DNA of 64,000 nt from a virus. Each line of letters opens with the position of its first letter. Position 1 is the first letter of the stretch. Positions 45,800 to 56,500 of this stretch are shown piece by piece. Where the stretch lies: positions 29,998-93,997 of IMG/VR virus record IMGVR_UViG_3300043464_001711, one strand, 5' to 3'. A model generated the notes under the pieces. That model was not told the origin of the DNA. It saw nothing but the letters and a program-made list of their open reading frames with translations, and searched no databases. The translations under genes were made by a program, and so were the position numbers.

Positions 45800-48592
45800 A
45801 TGGCTGACGAAAATTTTAAACAGAACAAAAAAGATGCTGAGGATTACTACAAAACCCAGCTCAATATAGCCAAAGTTATTAAAGAAATAACTAGTGACTA
45901 TACTACTTATGGTGCGGCTGTAAAAAAGGCAAAAGAAAACGCTCAAGCTATTAGAGAGGCTGAGAAAGAAATTCTTAGGTTATCACAAATTAAAACAAAA
46001 GAAGCTCAAGCTTTACTTGAAAAGGAAAAAACTAATCTTGAATATCTAAAAACATATAATAAAGAATTACTTAAAACTAGTAATTTATTAAAATCAGGCT
46101 TTAGTTCAATTACAAAGTCTATTGGTGGTGCTTTATCACAAGGGTTTACTAAAATTCTTCAGAATTACAATGAAATGGACAAGTATGCTAGACAATCTAC
46201 TATACAAGTAGGTATGTCAGTTACTAGAATGAACCAATTCAGAAAAACCGCACAACAATCAGCTGCTGAACTAGCTAACCTCGGTATGGAGGCTGGTGCA
46301 GCTGGTAAAATGCAACAAGCCTTTGCTGACCAAACAGGTAGACAATTGATGTTAACTCAAAAGTCTATAGAGTCTATGGCTGCTCTAGCTAATACAACAG
46401 GTATGTCAGCGGAACAAATGGCTGGTATGGTTGGTAGTATGGATGCCGTAGGTAAAAGTTCAGGTTCTGCTGTTCAAGTAATAGATGAAATAGTAAAAAG
46501 AACAAATTCGTTAGGTTTAAATACTAGCAACGTAATGGAAAAAGTAGAGAAAAACATTGGGTTGCTTAATAAACTTAGTTTTAAAAGTGGTGTTAGAGGT
46601 TTAGCACAAATGGCTAGATATTCTGAAAAATATAAATTGTCAATGGAGGCCGCGGCAGGTTTCGCCGAAAAGGTAATGAGACCTGAAGGTGCGATTGATG
46701 CTGCAGCAAATTTACAAGTTTTAGGTGGTAGTTTAGCACAAATGGGTGACGCTTTTCAATTAATGGGTCAGGCTAGAAATAACCCTGAAGAATTTATGAA
46801 AAGTATTACTAAAGCCGCATCAGAAACAGCTAAATGGGATCAAGCAACTAAAGAATTTAAAGTTAGTGCTTACCAAATGGATAGATTAAGGGAAGCTTCT
46901 GAAGCTACTGGTATATCGGTAGATGAGTTGGTTCAAACAGCTAAACAAACAGCCAAAATTAATATGTTTGGTGACCTAGTAAAAATAAAAGGTGATGATA
47001 AAGAATTCCTAACCAGTGTAATGGAAATGGATAGTAAAGGTCAGGCTTTTGTTTTTGATGAAAAGGGGTCTAAACAATATCTAAAAAATATGACCGCCAC
47101 TGAACAACAAAATTTAGCCACTACTTTAAAGGCTGAAGAAGATTCGGCACGCGAAAGAGCTATCACAATGCAAACAACACAAGAACGTGTCTTTAATAAC
47201 TTAGATAGATTATTAGCTGATTTTTTCCCTGAAATTGGTAAGTTTGATGATTCAATAAGAGGTACTATTGAAGGTTTCTTTGATAAAGCTTTTGAATGGT
47301 TAAAACAACTTAAAGGTTCCTTCAGTTGGGTAGGTAAACTAATAGTAGGTTTAATGGCTTTTGCGGCCGCAGCACCGATACTTGGTACCATATTGGGACC
47401 AATATGGTCGTTCGCGATGGGAAAATGGTTTGCAAAAGGTATTACTTCTGGAATGGCACAAGGAAAATTAACACAACAATTAATGGGTGGTGGAAATGAT
47501 TCAAATATGGTACGGTCCAAAAGTGGTAAAATGTATGATGCTAATAGTCCACAAGGAAAAATGATTAGAACTAAGGGTGGTACACAACCGCTAAGTGGAG
47601 GACAATCTGGAGTAGCTCAAGGTGCTTCACAAACAGGTGATTCAGCTGGTAAGTCAGCTACTAATATGTTAAAAGGAGCTGCCGCTATTTTAATTTTATC
47701 AGCAGCTTTATTTGTATTCGCTAAAGCTTTACAGGAATTTGATAAACTACAAAATGGTTGGTCTACATTAGCTTTAGCCGCGGCTAGTCTACTTGTTTTA
47801 TCTGGTGCTTTATTTGTGGTAGGTAAAGTGGTTGGTCAGTCAGCTACTCAAATGTTATTAGGTTCTGTCGCTATTGCCGCTTTAGGAGTGGCTTTAATAC
47901 CTTTTGCTTACGCTATGTCTTTACTTGGTGGTGTAGGTGTGGGTACTATGTTAGGAGCCGCACTTGCTTTAGGTGCTTTTGCGTTAGCGGCGTTTTTAAT
48001 GGGTGGAGCTCTTGTACCAATTTTATTGGGTTCAGTAGCGATTATTGCTTTGAGTGGGGCTTTAATGTTGTTTGGTTTAGCTCTACAAATAGTAGCTCCT
48101 GGAATGGAGATGTTCTTGTCCTCACTATCAAAATTACCTTCTTTGATTGGACCGTCATTAATGTTTGGTCCGGCATTATTAATGATGTCTGGTGGTATTT
48201 TTGCTTTATCAGCCTCTTTATTAGCTTTAGGTGCTGCTTGGTGGATTGGGGGTAGTGCTTTCACTAGTTTAACTTCTAGTTTAGCCTCAATACAAAAAAT
48301 AGATAGTAAAGGTATATACTCAGCTGTTAATAGTATTAATAGACTAAATACAGAAAAAGTTGAAGCCCTTAAAGAATTAGCTTCGTCACTTTCATGGGCA
48401 TCAATGTTCGGTGGTGGAATAAAAGTGGAGTTCGATGATGTAGAAGTTAGTGGAACAATTAACCTTAAAGATAGTGGTGGTAACGTTAAGAAAACTATTT
48501 TGGATGACTCACAATTTATTACTGAACTTAAGAGAAAAGTTTTTGGAGCCGCTTCAAAAGACAAAACTTCTAAATATCCAAAGCCAAAATAG
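45800..48592 (+). CDS. Tape measure protein
   Basis: Ala/Gln-rich helical N-terminal half and hydrophobic repeats in the C-terminal half; position before the baseplate genes. Confidence 0.8.
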   Translation: MADENFKQNKKDAEDYYKTQLNIAKVIKEITSDYTTYGAAVKKAKENAQAIREAEKEILRLSQIKTKEAQALLEKEKTNLEYLKTYNKELLKTSNLLKSGFSSITKSIGGALSQGFTKILQNYNEMDKYARQSTIQVGMSVTRMNQFRKTAQQSAAELANLGMEAGAAGKMQQAFADQTGRQLMLTQKSIESMAALANTTGMSAEQMAGMVGSMDAVGKSSGSAVQVIDEIVKRTNSLGLNTSNVMEKVEKNIGLLNKLSFKSGVRGLAQMARYSEKYKLSMEAAAGFAEKVMRPEGAIDAAANLQVLGGSLAQMGDAFQLMGQARNNPEEFMKSITKAASETAKWDQATKEFKVSAYQMDRLREASEATGISVDELVQTAKQTAKINMFGDLVKIKGDDKEFLTSVMEMDSKGQAFVFDEKGSKQYLKNMTATEQQNLATTLKAEEDSARERAITMQTTQERVFNNLDRLLADFFPEIGKFDDSIRGTIEGFFDKAFEWLKQLKGSFSWVGKLIVGLMAFAAAAPILGTILGPIWSFAMGKWFAKGITSGMAQGKLTQQLMGGGNDSNMVRSKSGKMYDANSPQGKMIRTKGGTQPLSGGQSGVAQGASQTGDSAGKSATNMLKGAAAILILSAALFVFAKALQEFDKLQNGWSTLALAAASLLVLSGALFVVGKVVGQSATQMLLGSVAIAALGVALIPFAYAMSLLGGVGVGTMLGAALALGAFALAAFLMGGALVPILLGSVAIIALSGALMLFGLALQIVAPGMEMFLSSLSKLPSLIGPSLMFGPALLMMSGGIFALSASLLALGAAWWIGGSAFTSLTSSLASIQKIDSKGIYSAVNSINRLNTEKVEALKELASSLSWASMFGGGIKVEFDDVEVSGTINLKDSGGNVKKTILDDSQFITELKRKVFGAASKDKTSKYPKPK

Positions 48593-48718
48593 GCAAATAA
48601 TATAATAATAATATTTAATTATATATTAATTTATTTATCTATTAATAGTAGCTTCTAAGCGCAAAATTGATAAGTAAATTTGAATATGTAAATATTTATA
48701 TAAAAAATATTAGAAAAT

Positions 48719-51700
48719 ATGCCTAATGATATAAACCCAAATGATTATAATATAGATTTCTTCTCTACCCAAAGTCTAGGTGTCACTACGGCAACTAATT
48801 TTAGGGATTATCTTTTAAATAAAAATCTAACAGAAATACCTGAAGAATTGGTTAATGGTGCTGCAGGTAATTTTAGTAGTAAATATGCAGAAAAGGGGGC
48901 AGAGAAGTCTATTAACTATACTCAGATATCTGACCCTGGTAATGTTGATGAGTGGATACTAGAGGGTAACTATAGTGTTAGTTCACATGAGGTGAGAGAT
49001 ATTGGCATGTTAAAAGGAAATCAATATGGACCACCTTCAATTCAAGCATATTCGTATAATAACCCTGAATTAATAGATGAAAGTACTGGGTTTTTACAAT
49101 ACCCAACTTCAACTGGAGGAGATGATTTTAAACAAGTTTTATTAAGTGACCAATTAATAGGTTTAGGACCTGGTGTTTCAATTAATTTTCCCTCAGATTT
49201 AAATGATATCGCAAAAGAAAGAAGAAAAGAAGAGGCTATTAATAGGGTAAAACTTAAAGCCGAAAATAATATTTTAGGTAAATTAAATTTAGACCCATTC
49301 GGTTTATTAGCTGGACAAGATTTAATTTTAAAAGATTATAAAATTACAACTAACCCAACCATTGGGGGTAAAATATTAGAGTTTTTTACTGATGCTGTTG
49401 ATATAAATATTCCTGTTAGTCCAATACCAACAAATGCTTTTGGTAAATATGGTGATACAGATGGTCCTGAGGCTTATTCAGATATAATGAAATCTACTGG
49501 TTCAGGTACAAAAGCTTTAATATACAACTCTGTTTCAGTTAATAAATACGGACCGACTTTAAGTGAACCTAAAGGTTTGTTAGCTAATGTTTTTGGTGCA
49601 GGTCAAGCTTCACAAAAAAACACGTATTTGACTCCACCTACTGAATTAATAAATAATGATTTATTTAATCTACCTATTGTAGATAAAATTAACAGAGCTG
49701 TAGGTAAAGCCGTTGACGCTATAACAAAAACACAAATAGAGAATGATAGTACAATTCTTCTACCAACTGAAAATCTCAATCCTTCGATAACATTAGATGG
49801 TATCCAACAAAATGCTCAAGCTGGTTTTGATACACTACCTAGTTCGGGTCTTATCGACACTTGGAATTTAACAGGTCCTACTAAAAAAATAGAAATACCT
49901 GGGGTTCCATTTTCAATACCTATACCTGATGACGGACCTGACGGACCTATTGGTACTAAAATACCTTTAGATGTAAGTGAAGATTTTTATCCTGGTAACG
50001 CCGCTAGTAACGGTTCTAAAAACAATGGTGTATCTTATGATAGAGGTATGTATTGGGGTAATCAAACTAGTAATCCATTTAGAAAAGGTATATTAAAATA
50101 CACACAAGACTTAATTAATAATTCTAGAAATACTAAAGATTATAAAGATAAGGCTAGATATATTGGGGCTTCTAATGATGCTTCTAATTTTGACAGTACA
50201 ACAGGGAGACATAAAAATTATTCAATGGGTAACACTGTTACTGACGCTGAAAATAAATTTTATTGTCGTTCTTGGTCAGTTAGAAACCCTTATAGAAAAG
50301 TTAGTGATTTAGTTAGACATGGTGGTGGTACTGAAGCAAATAGAAGAAGTTTAACAAGAGAAGATTTAAATTTAAGTGTTTTAGCCGATAATGGTTTTGT
50401 TAAAGTAGCTCCTTATTATAATGCTGGTATGGCTAAAGATATAATAGAGGGTAATATTAAATCTAATTTAGAGGGTGAAACATTAAACCTAGGTAACCCA
50501 TCTGTACAAAAATATATGTTGTCTATTGAAAATTTAGCTTGGCAAAATACAGAACATATATTACACGTACCACCTTGTGAGGTTGGACCTAATGGGGGTA
50601 GAATAATGTGGTTCCCACCATATAATATTAGTTTTACAGATAACTCAAGCGTTAACTGGGAAGCAACTTCTTTTATTGGTAGAGGTGAACCTGTTTATAC
50701 TTATAATAATACAGAAAGAACTGGTACTCTTACATTTACCTTAATAATTGACCATTCTATGGCAATGACAGAAATAAAAGAAAAGGGTGAATACGCTTTA
50801 TTTAGATATTTTGCTGGTTGTGAAGATCCTTTAGAAGTTTTTACTGCTATGGTACCAAAAGCCGTTAATGAGGAAGTAAAAGTACAACAACAAGTACAAG
50901 AAGACGTACCCAACCCAAATTCAACAGTAAAAGAAGAAGAATTTAAAGTTACAAAACCAACACCACCACCAACAGATAAAATACAATTTTATTTTAGAAA
51001 TGCTCGTAGTTTTGAAAAAGATACTATTGGTACTAATTTAGAAACAGAATTAGGACCTAATGCTAATGAACAACCACCTAATTATAAAGCAGAATATACT
51101 AGATTATGGCCTAATGGTTATTTAAGATCTAATGCGAATAATGTACCGGCTACTATAATTTCTGATGGTACAACAATACCTAACCCAGCTTATACTGCAA
51201 CAACAACAAGTCAATTAGATTCTTTAAATGAGGTAGCTTATCAAGATATGTCTAAGTTAATAGATTTTTTATTAACACCTGATGGTAAAAGATATAAAAT
51301 TAAAATTATTGGTAAAACAAGTGACGCTGGACCAACAACAGGGCAAAAAAGTAACCAAAAATTGGCACAAGCTAGGGCTAATTCTACAAAAAATTATTTA
51401 TTAAAAAATATTTTAGAAATTGAGGGTAACTTAACCGATCCAAAATTTAAAGCAACTAATTTAGGTTCAGAAAGTACATACCCAACAGAGTCGGAATGGA
51501 AAGACAGTACTCTAAGATGGGAAGTTTTAGCGGTAGGTGAAAACGATGCAAGTTTATCGGTATCTTACGATGAAGGTACAGGACAAAAGAAAGAATCGAA
51601 AGATGATAATAGAAAATTTGGTGATACGCAAACAAGTGTACCTGCGGCAATAAGAAACAGAACTACTTTAATTATATTAGAATATAATAAAGAAATTGAT

Positions 51701-53167
51701 GATTCAATTATAGGACCGGCACAACAAACAGACCCTAATGCTGGTGCAAGTTCTGAAGAAAACATAAAAACAATACCCGAAGTAACAGTAACACCTAAAA
51801 ATAATAATAAAAATCAAAATACTGAAACACAACCTTCAGCTGAAGAAAAACTACAAAAACAAAGACAAGAAGAATTAGCCAAAGCTTTAGCCGCTAAAGC
51901 TAGTAGATATATGGCTTGGGAATGTTCTTATTTCAATAAAATGCAACAAGAAGATTCTTTTATTTATGAATCTTTACAAGAAAAATTAAAATATTTTCAC
52001 CCAGCATTTCATTCAATGACACCTGAAGGATTTAATGCTAGATTAACATTTTTAAAACAATGCACTAGACAAGGACCTAATATTGCTGTAGGTGAACCTA
52101 GTAATTTGGCTTTTGGTAAACCACCAATTTGTGTGTTAAGAGTAGGTGATTTTTACCATACTAAAATAGTGATAGATTCTGTTAGTTTTTCTTTTGATCC
52201 ATTACAATGGGATTTAAATCCTGAAGGTATAGGTGTACAACCTATGTTATGTAATGTTGATTTAAGTTTCAAATTTATTGGTGGTTCTTCATTAGGTGGA
52301 CCTATAACACAACTACAAAATGCAGTATCATTTAACTTCTTTGCTAATACAGCTTTATATAACCCAAGAGTGATTTATCAGTCGGCTGGAGACTATGTAA
52401 CTAAGAGACGTGACCCATTAACAGATCAAATAACTGAAACTAAAGTTAGTACAACCAATACTAAAGGTAAGAATTTTGAATATGGAGCTTATATGACACC
52501 TACACAGTCATTTAAAATAGAATCAGCTAATAACTCAACGTCTGAACAATCAGGTAAAGATAGTATTAATTCTACTGGTGACCTATCACAAGCACAAACA
52601 GCTAAACAACAAAATGATCAAGGAATTGTTGGTAAAGACGCTACACCATCAGAAGAAAATAAAACTAGAATTGAAGACGCTGTTAGTGAAGACCAAAAAG
52701 TGAATGAGAATACAGATAATAAAGGTGTGGGTGATGCTAATAAGGGTGGTAATGAAAACAAAACAATAAAAGGTTTTGATAAGAAAAAAGGTGTATATAC
52801 GGTACAATACGCACAAGTATTAACATTTAAACCTTTTGGTGATAAGAAAACACAAAGTGATACTAGTTATGAAAAACTGAAAATACCAGTAGGAACAACA
52901 GTCACTATTTTGGATTTAACTGGTGATGGAGTAAAAGAAGTTGTTATATCACAAACCATAAACACAAAAACCAGCAAAACTTTCTACAATAAATTTAGTT
53001 TAAATTGTGGTGGTAATAATGGTCTAGATTTCTTATCAAACAGTTATAATGGTTATGAGGGACTTACTGATGGTGGTTATTATTCTAATAGTACATTAGC
53101 TAATGTATTAAGACCTATTTTTTGTAAAGGTAATGTCCCAAAAACAAAAAAAGAATTAACTACTTAA
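48719..53167 (+). CDS. Large baseplate/tube-initiator-like protein with an OmpA-like domain
   Basis: FIGRGEPVYTYNNTER and PPICVLRVGD flank IKIIGKTS...NQKLAQARA...GE...RNR. Confidence 0.65.
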   Translation: MPNDINPNDYNIDFFSTQSLGVTTATNFRDYLLNKNLTEIPEELVNGAAGNFSSKYAEKGAEKSINYTQISDPGNVDEWILEGNYSVSSHEVRDIGMLKGNQYGPPSIQAYSYNNPELIDESTGFLQYPTSTGGDDFKQVLLSDQLIGLGPGVSINFPSDLNDIAKERRKEEAINRVKLKAENNILGKLNLDPFGLLAGQDLILKDYKITTNPTIGGKILEFFTDAVDINIPVSPIPTNAFGKYGDTDGPEAYSDIMKSTGSGTKALIYNSVSVNKYGPTLSEPKGLLANVFGAGQASQKNTYLTPPTELINNDLFNLPIVDKINRAVGKAVDAITKTQIENDSTILLPTENLNPSITLDGIQQNAQAGFDTLPSSGLIDTWNLTGPTKKIEIPGVPFSIPIPDDGPDGPIGTKIPLDVSEDFYPGNAASNGSKNNGVSYDRGMYWGNQTSNPFRKGILKYTQDLINNSRNTKDYKDKARYIGASNDASNFDSTTGRHKNYSMGNTVTDAENKFYCRSWSVRNPYRKVSDLVRHGGGTEANRRSLTREDLNLSVLADNGFVKVAPYYNAGMAKDIIEGNIKSNLEGETLNLGNPSVQKYMLSIENLAWQNTEHILHVPPCEVGPNGGRIMWFPPYNISFTDNSSVNWEATSFIGRGEPVYTYNNTERTGTLTFTLIIDHSMAMTEIKEKGEYALFRYFAGCEDPLEVFTAMVPKAVNEEVKVQQQVQEDVPNPNSTVKEEEFKVTKPTPPPTDKIQFYFRNARSFEKDTIGTNLETELGPNANEQPPNYKAEYTRLWPNGYLRSNANNVPATIISDGTTIPNPAYTATTTSQLDSLNEVAYQDMSKLIDFLLTPDGKRYKIKIIGKTSDAGPTTGQKSNQKLAQARANSTKNYLLKNILEIEGNLTDPKFKATNLGSESTYPTESEWKDSTLRWEVLAVGENDASLSVSYDEGTGQKKESKDDNRKFGDTQTSVPAAIRNRTTLIILEYNKEIDDSIIGPAQQTDPNAGASSEENIKTIPEVTVTPKNNNKNQNTETQPSAEEKLQKQRQEELAKALAAKASRYMAWECSYFNKMQQEDSFIYESLQEKLKYFHPAFHSMTPEGFNARLTFLKQCTRQGPNIAVGEPSNLAFGKPPICVLRVGDFYHTKIVIDSVSFSFDPLQWDLNPEGIGVQPMLCNVDLSFKFIGGSSLGGPITQLQNAVSFNFFANTALYNPRVIYQSAGDYVTKRRDPLTDQITETKVSTTNTKGKNFEYGAYMTPTQSFKIESANNSTSEQSGKDSINSTGDLSQAQTAKQQNDQGIVGKDATPSEENKTRIEDAVSEDQKVNENTDNKGVGDANKGGNENKTIKGFDKKKGVYTVQYAQVLTFKPFGDKKTQSDTSYEKLKIPVGTTVTILDLTGDGVKEVVISQTINTKTSKTFYNKFSLNCGGNNGLDFLSNSYNGYEGLTDGGYYSNSTLANVLRPIFCKGNVPKTKKELTT

Positions 53168-53179
53168 TAAAAAAATAAT

Positions 53180-53494
53180 ATGGCAGTATATTACGATAGA
53201 TATAGAGATTTTAGAATAGACGGACAAGTATCCACTCTACCTTTTATAAAATTACCCATAAAAGGTTCAGATAAAAAAATTGTTACTGATAAAAAAACAA
53301 GGTTTGATAAAATAAGTCAACAATATTATGGCAACCCTTATCATGGTTGGGTTATTTTACAGGCTAATCCAGAATTCGGTGGACTAGAGTTTGACATTCC
53401 TGAAAATACAATTATAATAGTACCATTCCCTCTTAGTAAATCACTTGAGGATTATCAATCACAAGTTGATAGATATAAAAGATTATACGGATAA
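53180..53494 (+). CDS. LysM-like baseplate wedge protein
   Basis: RFDKISQQYYGNPYHGWVILQANP...IIIVP. Confidence 0.75.
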   Translation: MAVYYDRYRDFRIDGQVSTLPFIKLPIKGSDKKIVTDKKTRFDKISQQYYGNPYHGWVILQANPEFGGLEFDIPENTIIIVPFPLSKSLEDYQSQVDRYKRLYG

Positions 53495-53508
53495 ATAATA
53501 AGTTTTTT

Positions 53509-56500
53509 ATGGCATTTAATCAAGGACCACAACCTGAAATAGTTTTAAATGAAAACGGGGTTAGGTATGTTGACCCAAATCCAACAGACGAGATAGTTAA
53601 TCACGAAGACCTAGTAATGTATGTTAAATTGGTTGCTAGAGCTAAAGGAAGGAGTATTTTAACATACGACCAAGCCACAGAACAACAAACTGTTATCGTT
53701 GAACAAAAAAATGTTCAATCAGAAACTAATTTCACATATCAAACAGGTAAAGAGTATTTAGATACTAGTTGGACTAATATAGGTGGTGGTAATATAAATT
53801 TTGGTGAAGATTTAGGTTCATTTGGTATTACTAATATCGGTATAGAATTTAAATCTAGTTTTATGCCACAAATAGTAATTGATTTTGTGGATGTACGTGG
53901 GGCGGCTTTATTTGAACAAGGACCTTGTTCACCTTACGCCATATTTTTTCATCTACCGTACCCTGTTTTTGAATTAACAGTTAAAGGTTATTATGGTAGA
54001 CCTGTAACATACACATTAGCTTTAATTAAATTTAATACTAAGTTCAATTCTGAAACAGGTAATTTTGAGTCAAAAGCCGAATTTGTTGGTTATACCTATG
54101 CTTTCTTAGCGGACATCCCAATGGGTTATGTTATGGCAGCAAATTTTATGACTAAACCACACGATGGTAAAACTATATTGGCTGAAAAATGGAAACAACT
54201 TATAGAAAAGAAAATACTAGATAATAGTTTTACAAATGAAAACGAACCTTTAAGTGTTTATGATTTAATTAAAAAATCAAAACAATTAGAACAAAGAACA
54301 CAAGAATTAAAAGGTTTGGCTTCTGTTAAACAGTTAGGGCAAATAAACAGCACTAAAAATCAATTAGACAGTTTAAGAAACATTGTTTCTGAATTCGAAG
54401 GTAAATTAAGAAGTTCAATATCAAAATCAATTAATAGTGGGTTTGATAAAAATAAAGTTTTTTTTATAAAATTACCAAACACCCCAGACACCCAACAAAG
54501 TGCTATTTTAACAGATGTTAAAGCTATTATAAATGAATATTTAGGTGATGGTAATAACTTAGGTGGTAAAATAGGTACTGAAGTAAGTACAGTGAATACC
54601 TATTATAAAACAAACTCAATTGGGGATTCACCTAATATAAATTTTACAAATATTACAAATAACACTAAAGGTTTTTTAAATCAGTCTGTAGGTCAAGAAG
54701 ACGGATTATTAAAATATTCAATAGATTTTGAAGAAAGTTTTTATAAACCATTAAACATTGCCTCTAAAAGTTTAAGTAAACAACAAATTACTAAAAAAGA
54801 TGAAGTTAAAAATACTTTAAATGCTGAGGTAATAAAAACTTTAGGATTTTTACCAACAATAAGTAACGTCTTTGCTATTATTTTAACTAACGTTGAAGTA
54901 TTTTTAGAACTACTATTAAGGACATCTAGAGATGCTGAAAAGTATCACGAAGAAAATGATGTAACCAGTGTTTTAGATGGTACTACACAAAATTTATTAG
55001 AATTAAGAAATAAACCAACAGTTGGAGCACAATTATCGGATGAAGCCTCCACCAATAAACCAATTAAAGTTTATCCTTGGCCAACTTATTATGTACAGAA
55101 AGCACCCGCTAGTGAAACTAACCCCGATAGTAACGTATCAAGTAATAGTTCAGAGGTAGGTACTAAAGAAGCTTATCCTGGTGAAAACCCAGAATTTACT
55201 TCTTGGCCTGAAGTTGTTTTTGTTGAAAACTTTATTAAGGCTTTAACTAGATTAAAAACAGAATTACAAGTTTTAGAATTAGAAAAAGAAAATTTACCGG
55301 GTTACGATAATTTTGCTCCAATAACAGCATATGAAACACATGCTTTTGGTAACGCCAACGCACCAAATAGATGGTATAGATTGCAACAAGATCCTAGTTT
55401 TGAAAACATAATTTATAAAATAATGGGTGAAAACGCTTTTATCCTAGGTGACTATACCATGATTAATACTTTAAGTTTGTGGAAATCACAATTAGGTTTT
55501 ACAAATGGTTGGGGTGTATCATCACTAACAAACTATCAGGGTTCCGGAAATGGTTATATACCAGCCTCAAGTAATGGATTTAATGTTGGGCCACAAAGAT
55601 TGGTTAATAACCCATTGGTTATATCAAATTTAAATCAACCAGAATTAAATAGATACCCAAATATATCTAATAAAGGTTTTAATTATCTATCTTATGGTAG
55701 TGATGCTAAAGATAGAGAAGTGGAATCTTTCAGAAAAAAAATAATCCCAACTACTAGAGCTAGAATGAAAAAATGGGGTTACATAGATGCTTTAAATCTA
55801 ATGACTACAATGAAATTAGATGGTGGTGAAACTACTGTATTAAGTTTTTTAAAAAGCAGTATGACTGTTGAAAATAAAGAAAAAATTAAAAAAGAAATTA
55901 AAGAAAGATTAAGTGAAAGACTTAAAACACAAACTTGGGATGAATGGAAAGTTTCTGCAACACAAGAAATAAGTGGAACCACTGCTTTAATAGATAACCA
56001 AAATAGTATTTGGAGTGGACATTTTGGTTATGTTAAAAAGAAACCAGTATTATCCTATAAAGGACCGATAATATTAAATAGTCAAATAGACGAAGGTAAA
56101 AATATAGAAATACACGCTAACCCACATTTAAATGAGGGTCAAGGGGCAATTTTAACAACAGCTGATGCTTTAGCTGGTAGAGAAATAGATTTTAGTTCTG
56201 AATCTTTAACTGATAATATTAAAAAGAAATATACAGAATATTTTGCTGATGTCTCAACAAACGAAAGTAAAATAAATGAAGATGTGGCCACACCTAATTC
56301 TCTCGCTTATACCACATTAAAATATAGACCAAAACCCTCTACGATAAAATCTAAAACATCTTATGATAATTATAGTTTAGAAAGATCTAATATTAATTTA
56401 ATTAGGGATAAAAATACTAACCTACTATCTTTAGGTGAAAATTTTTATCCAAACTTTTTCCACAAATATGAAGATAATGAGGGATTGGAAAGTAGTAAAA

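Noticed and set aside
48593-48718. AT-rich gap as a replication origin
   Set aside because: No iterons are visible; a promoter region explains it.
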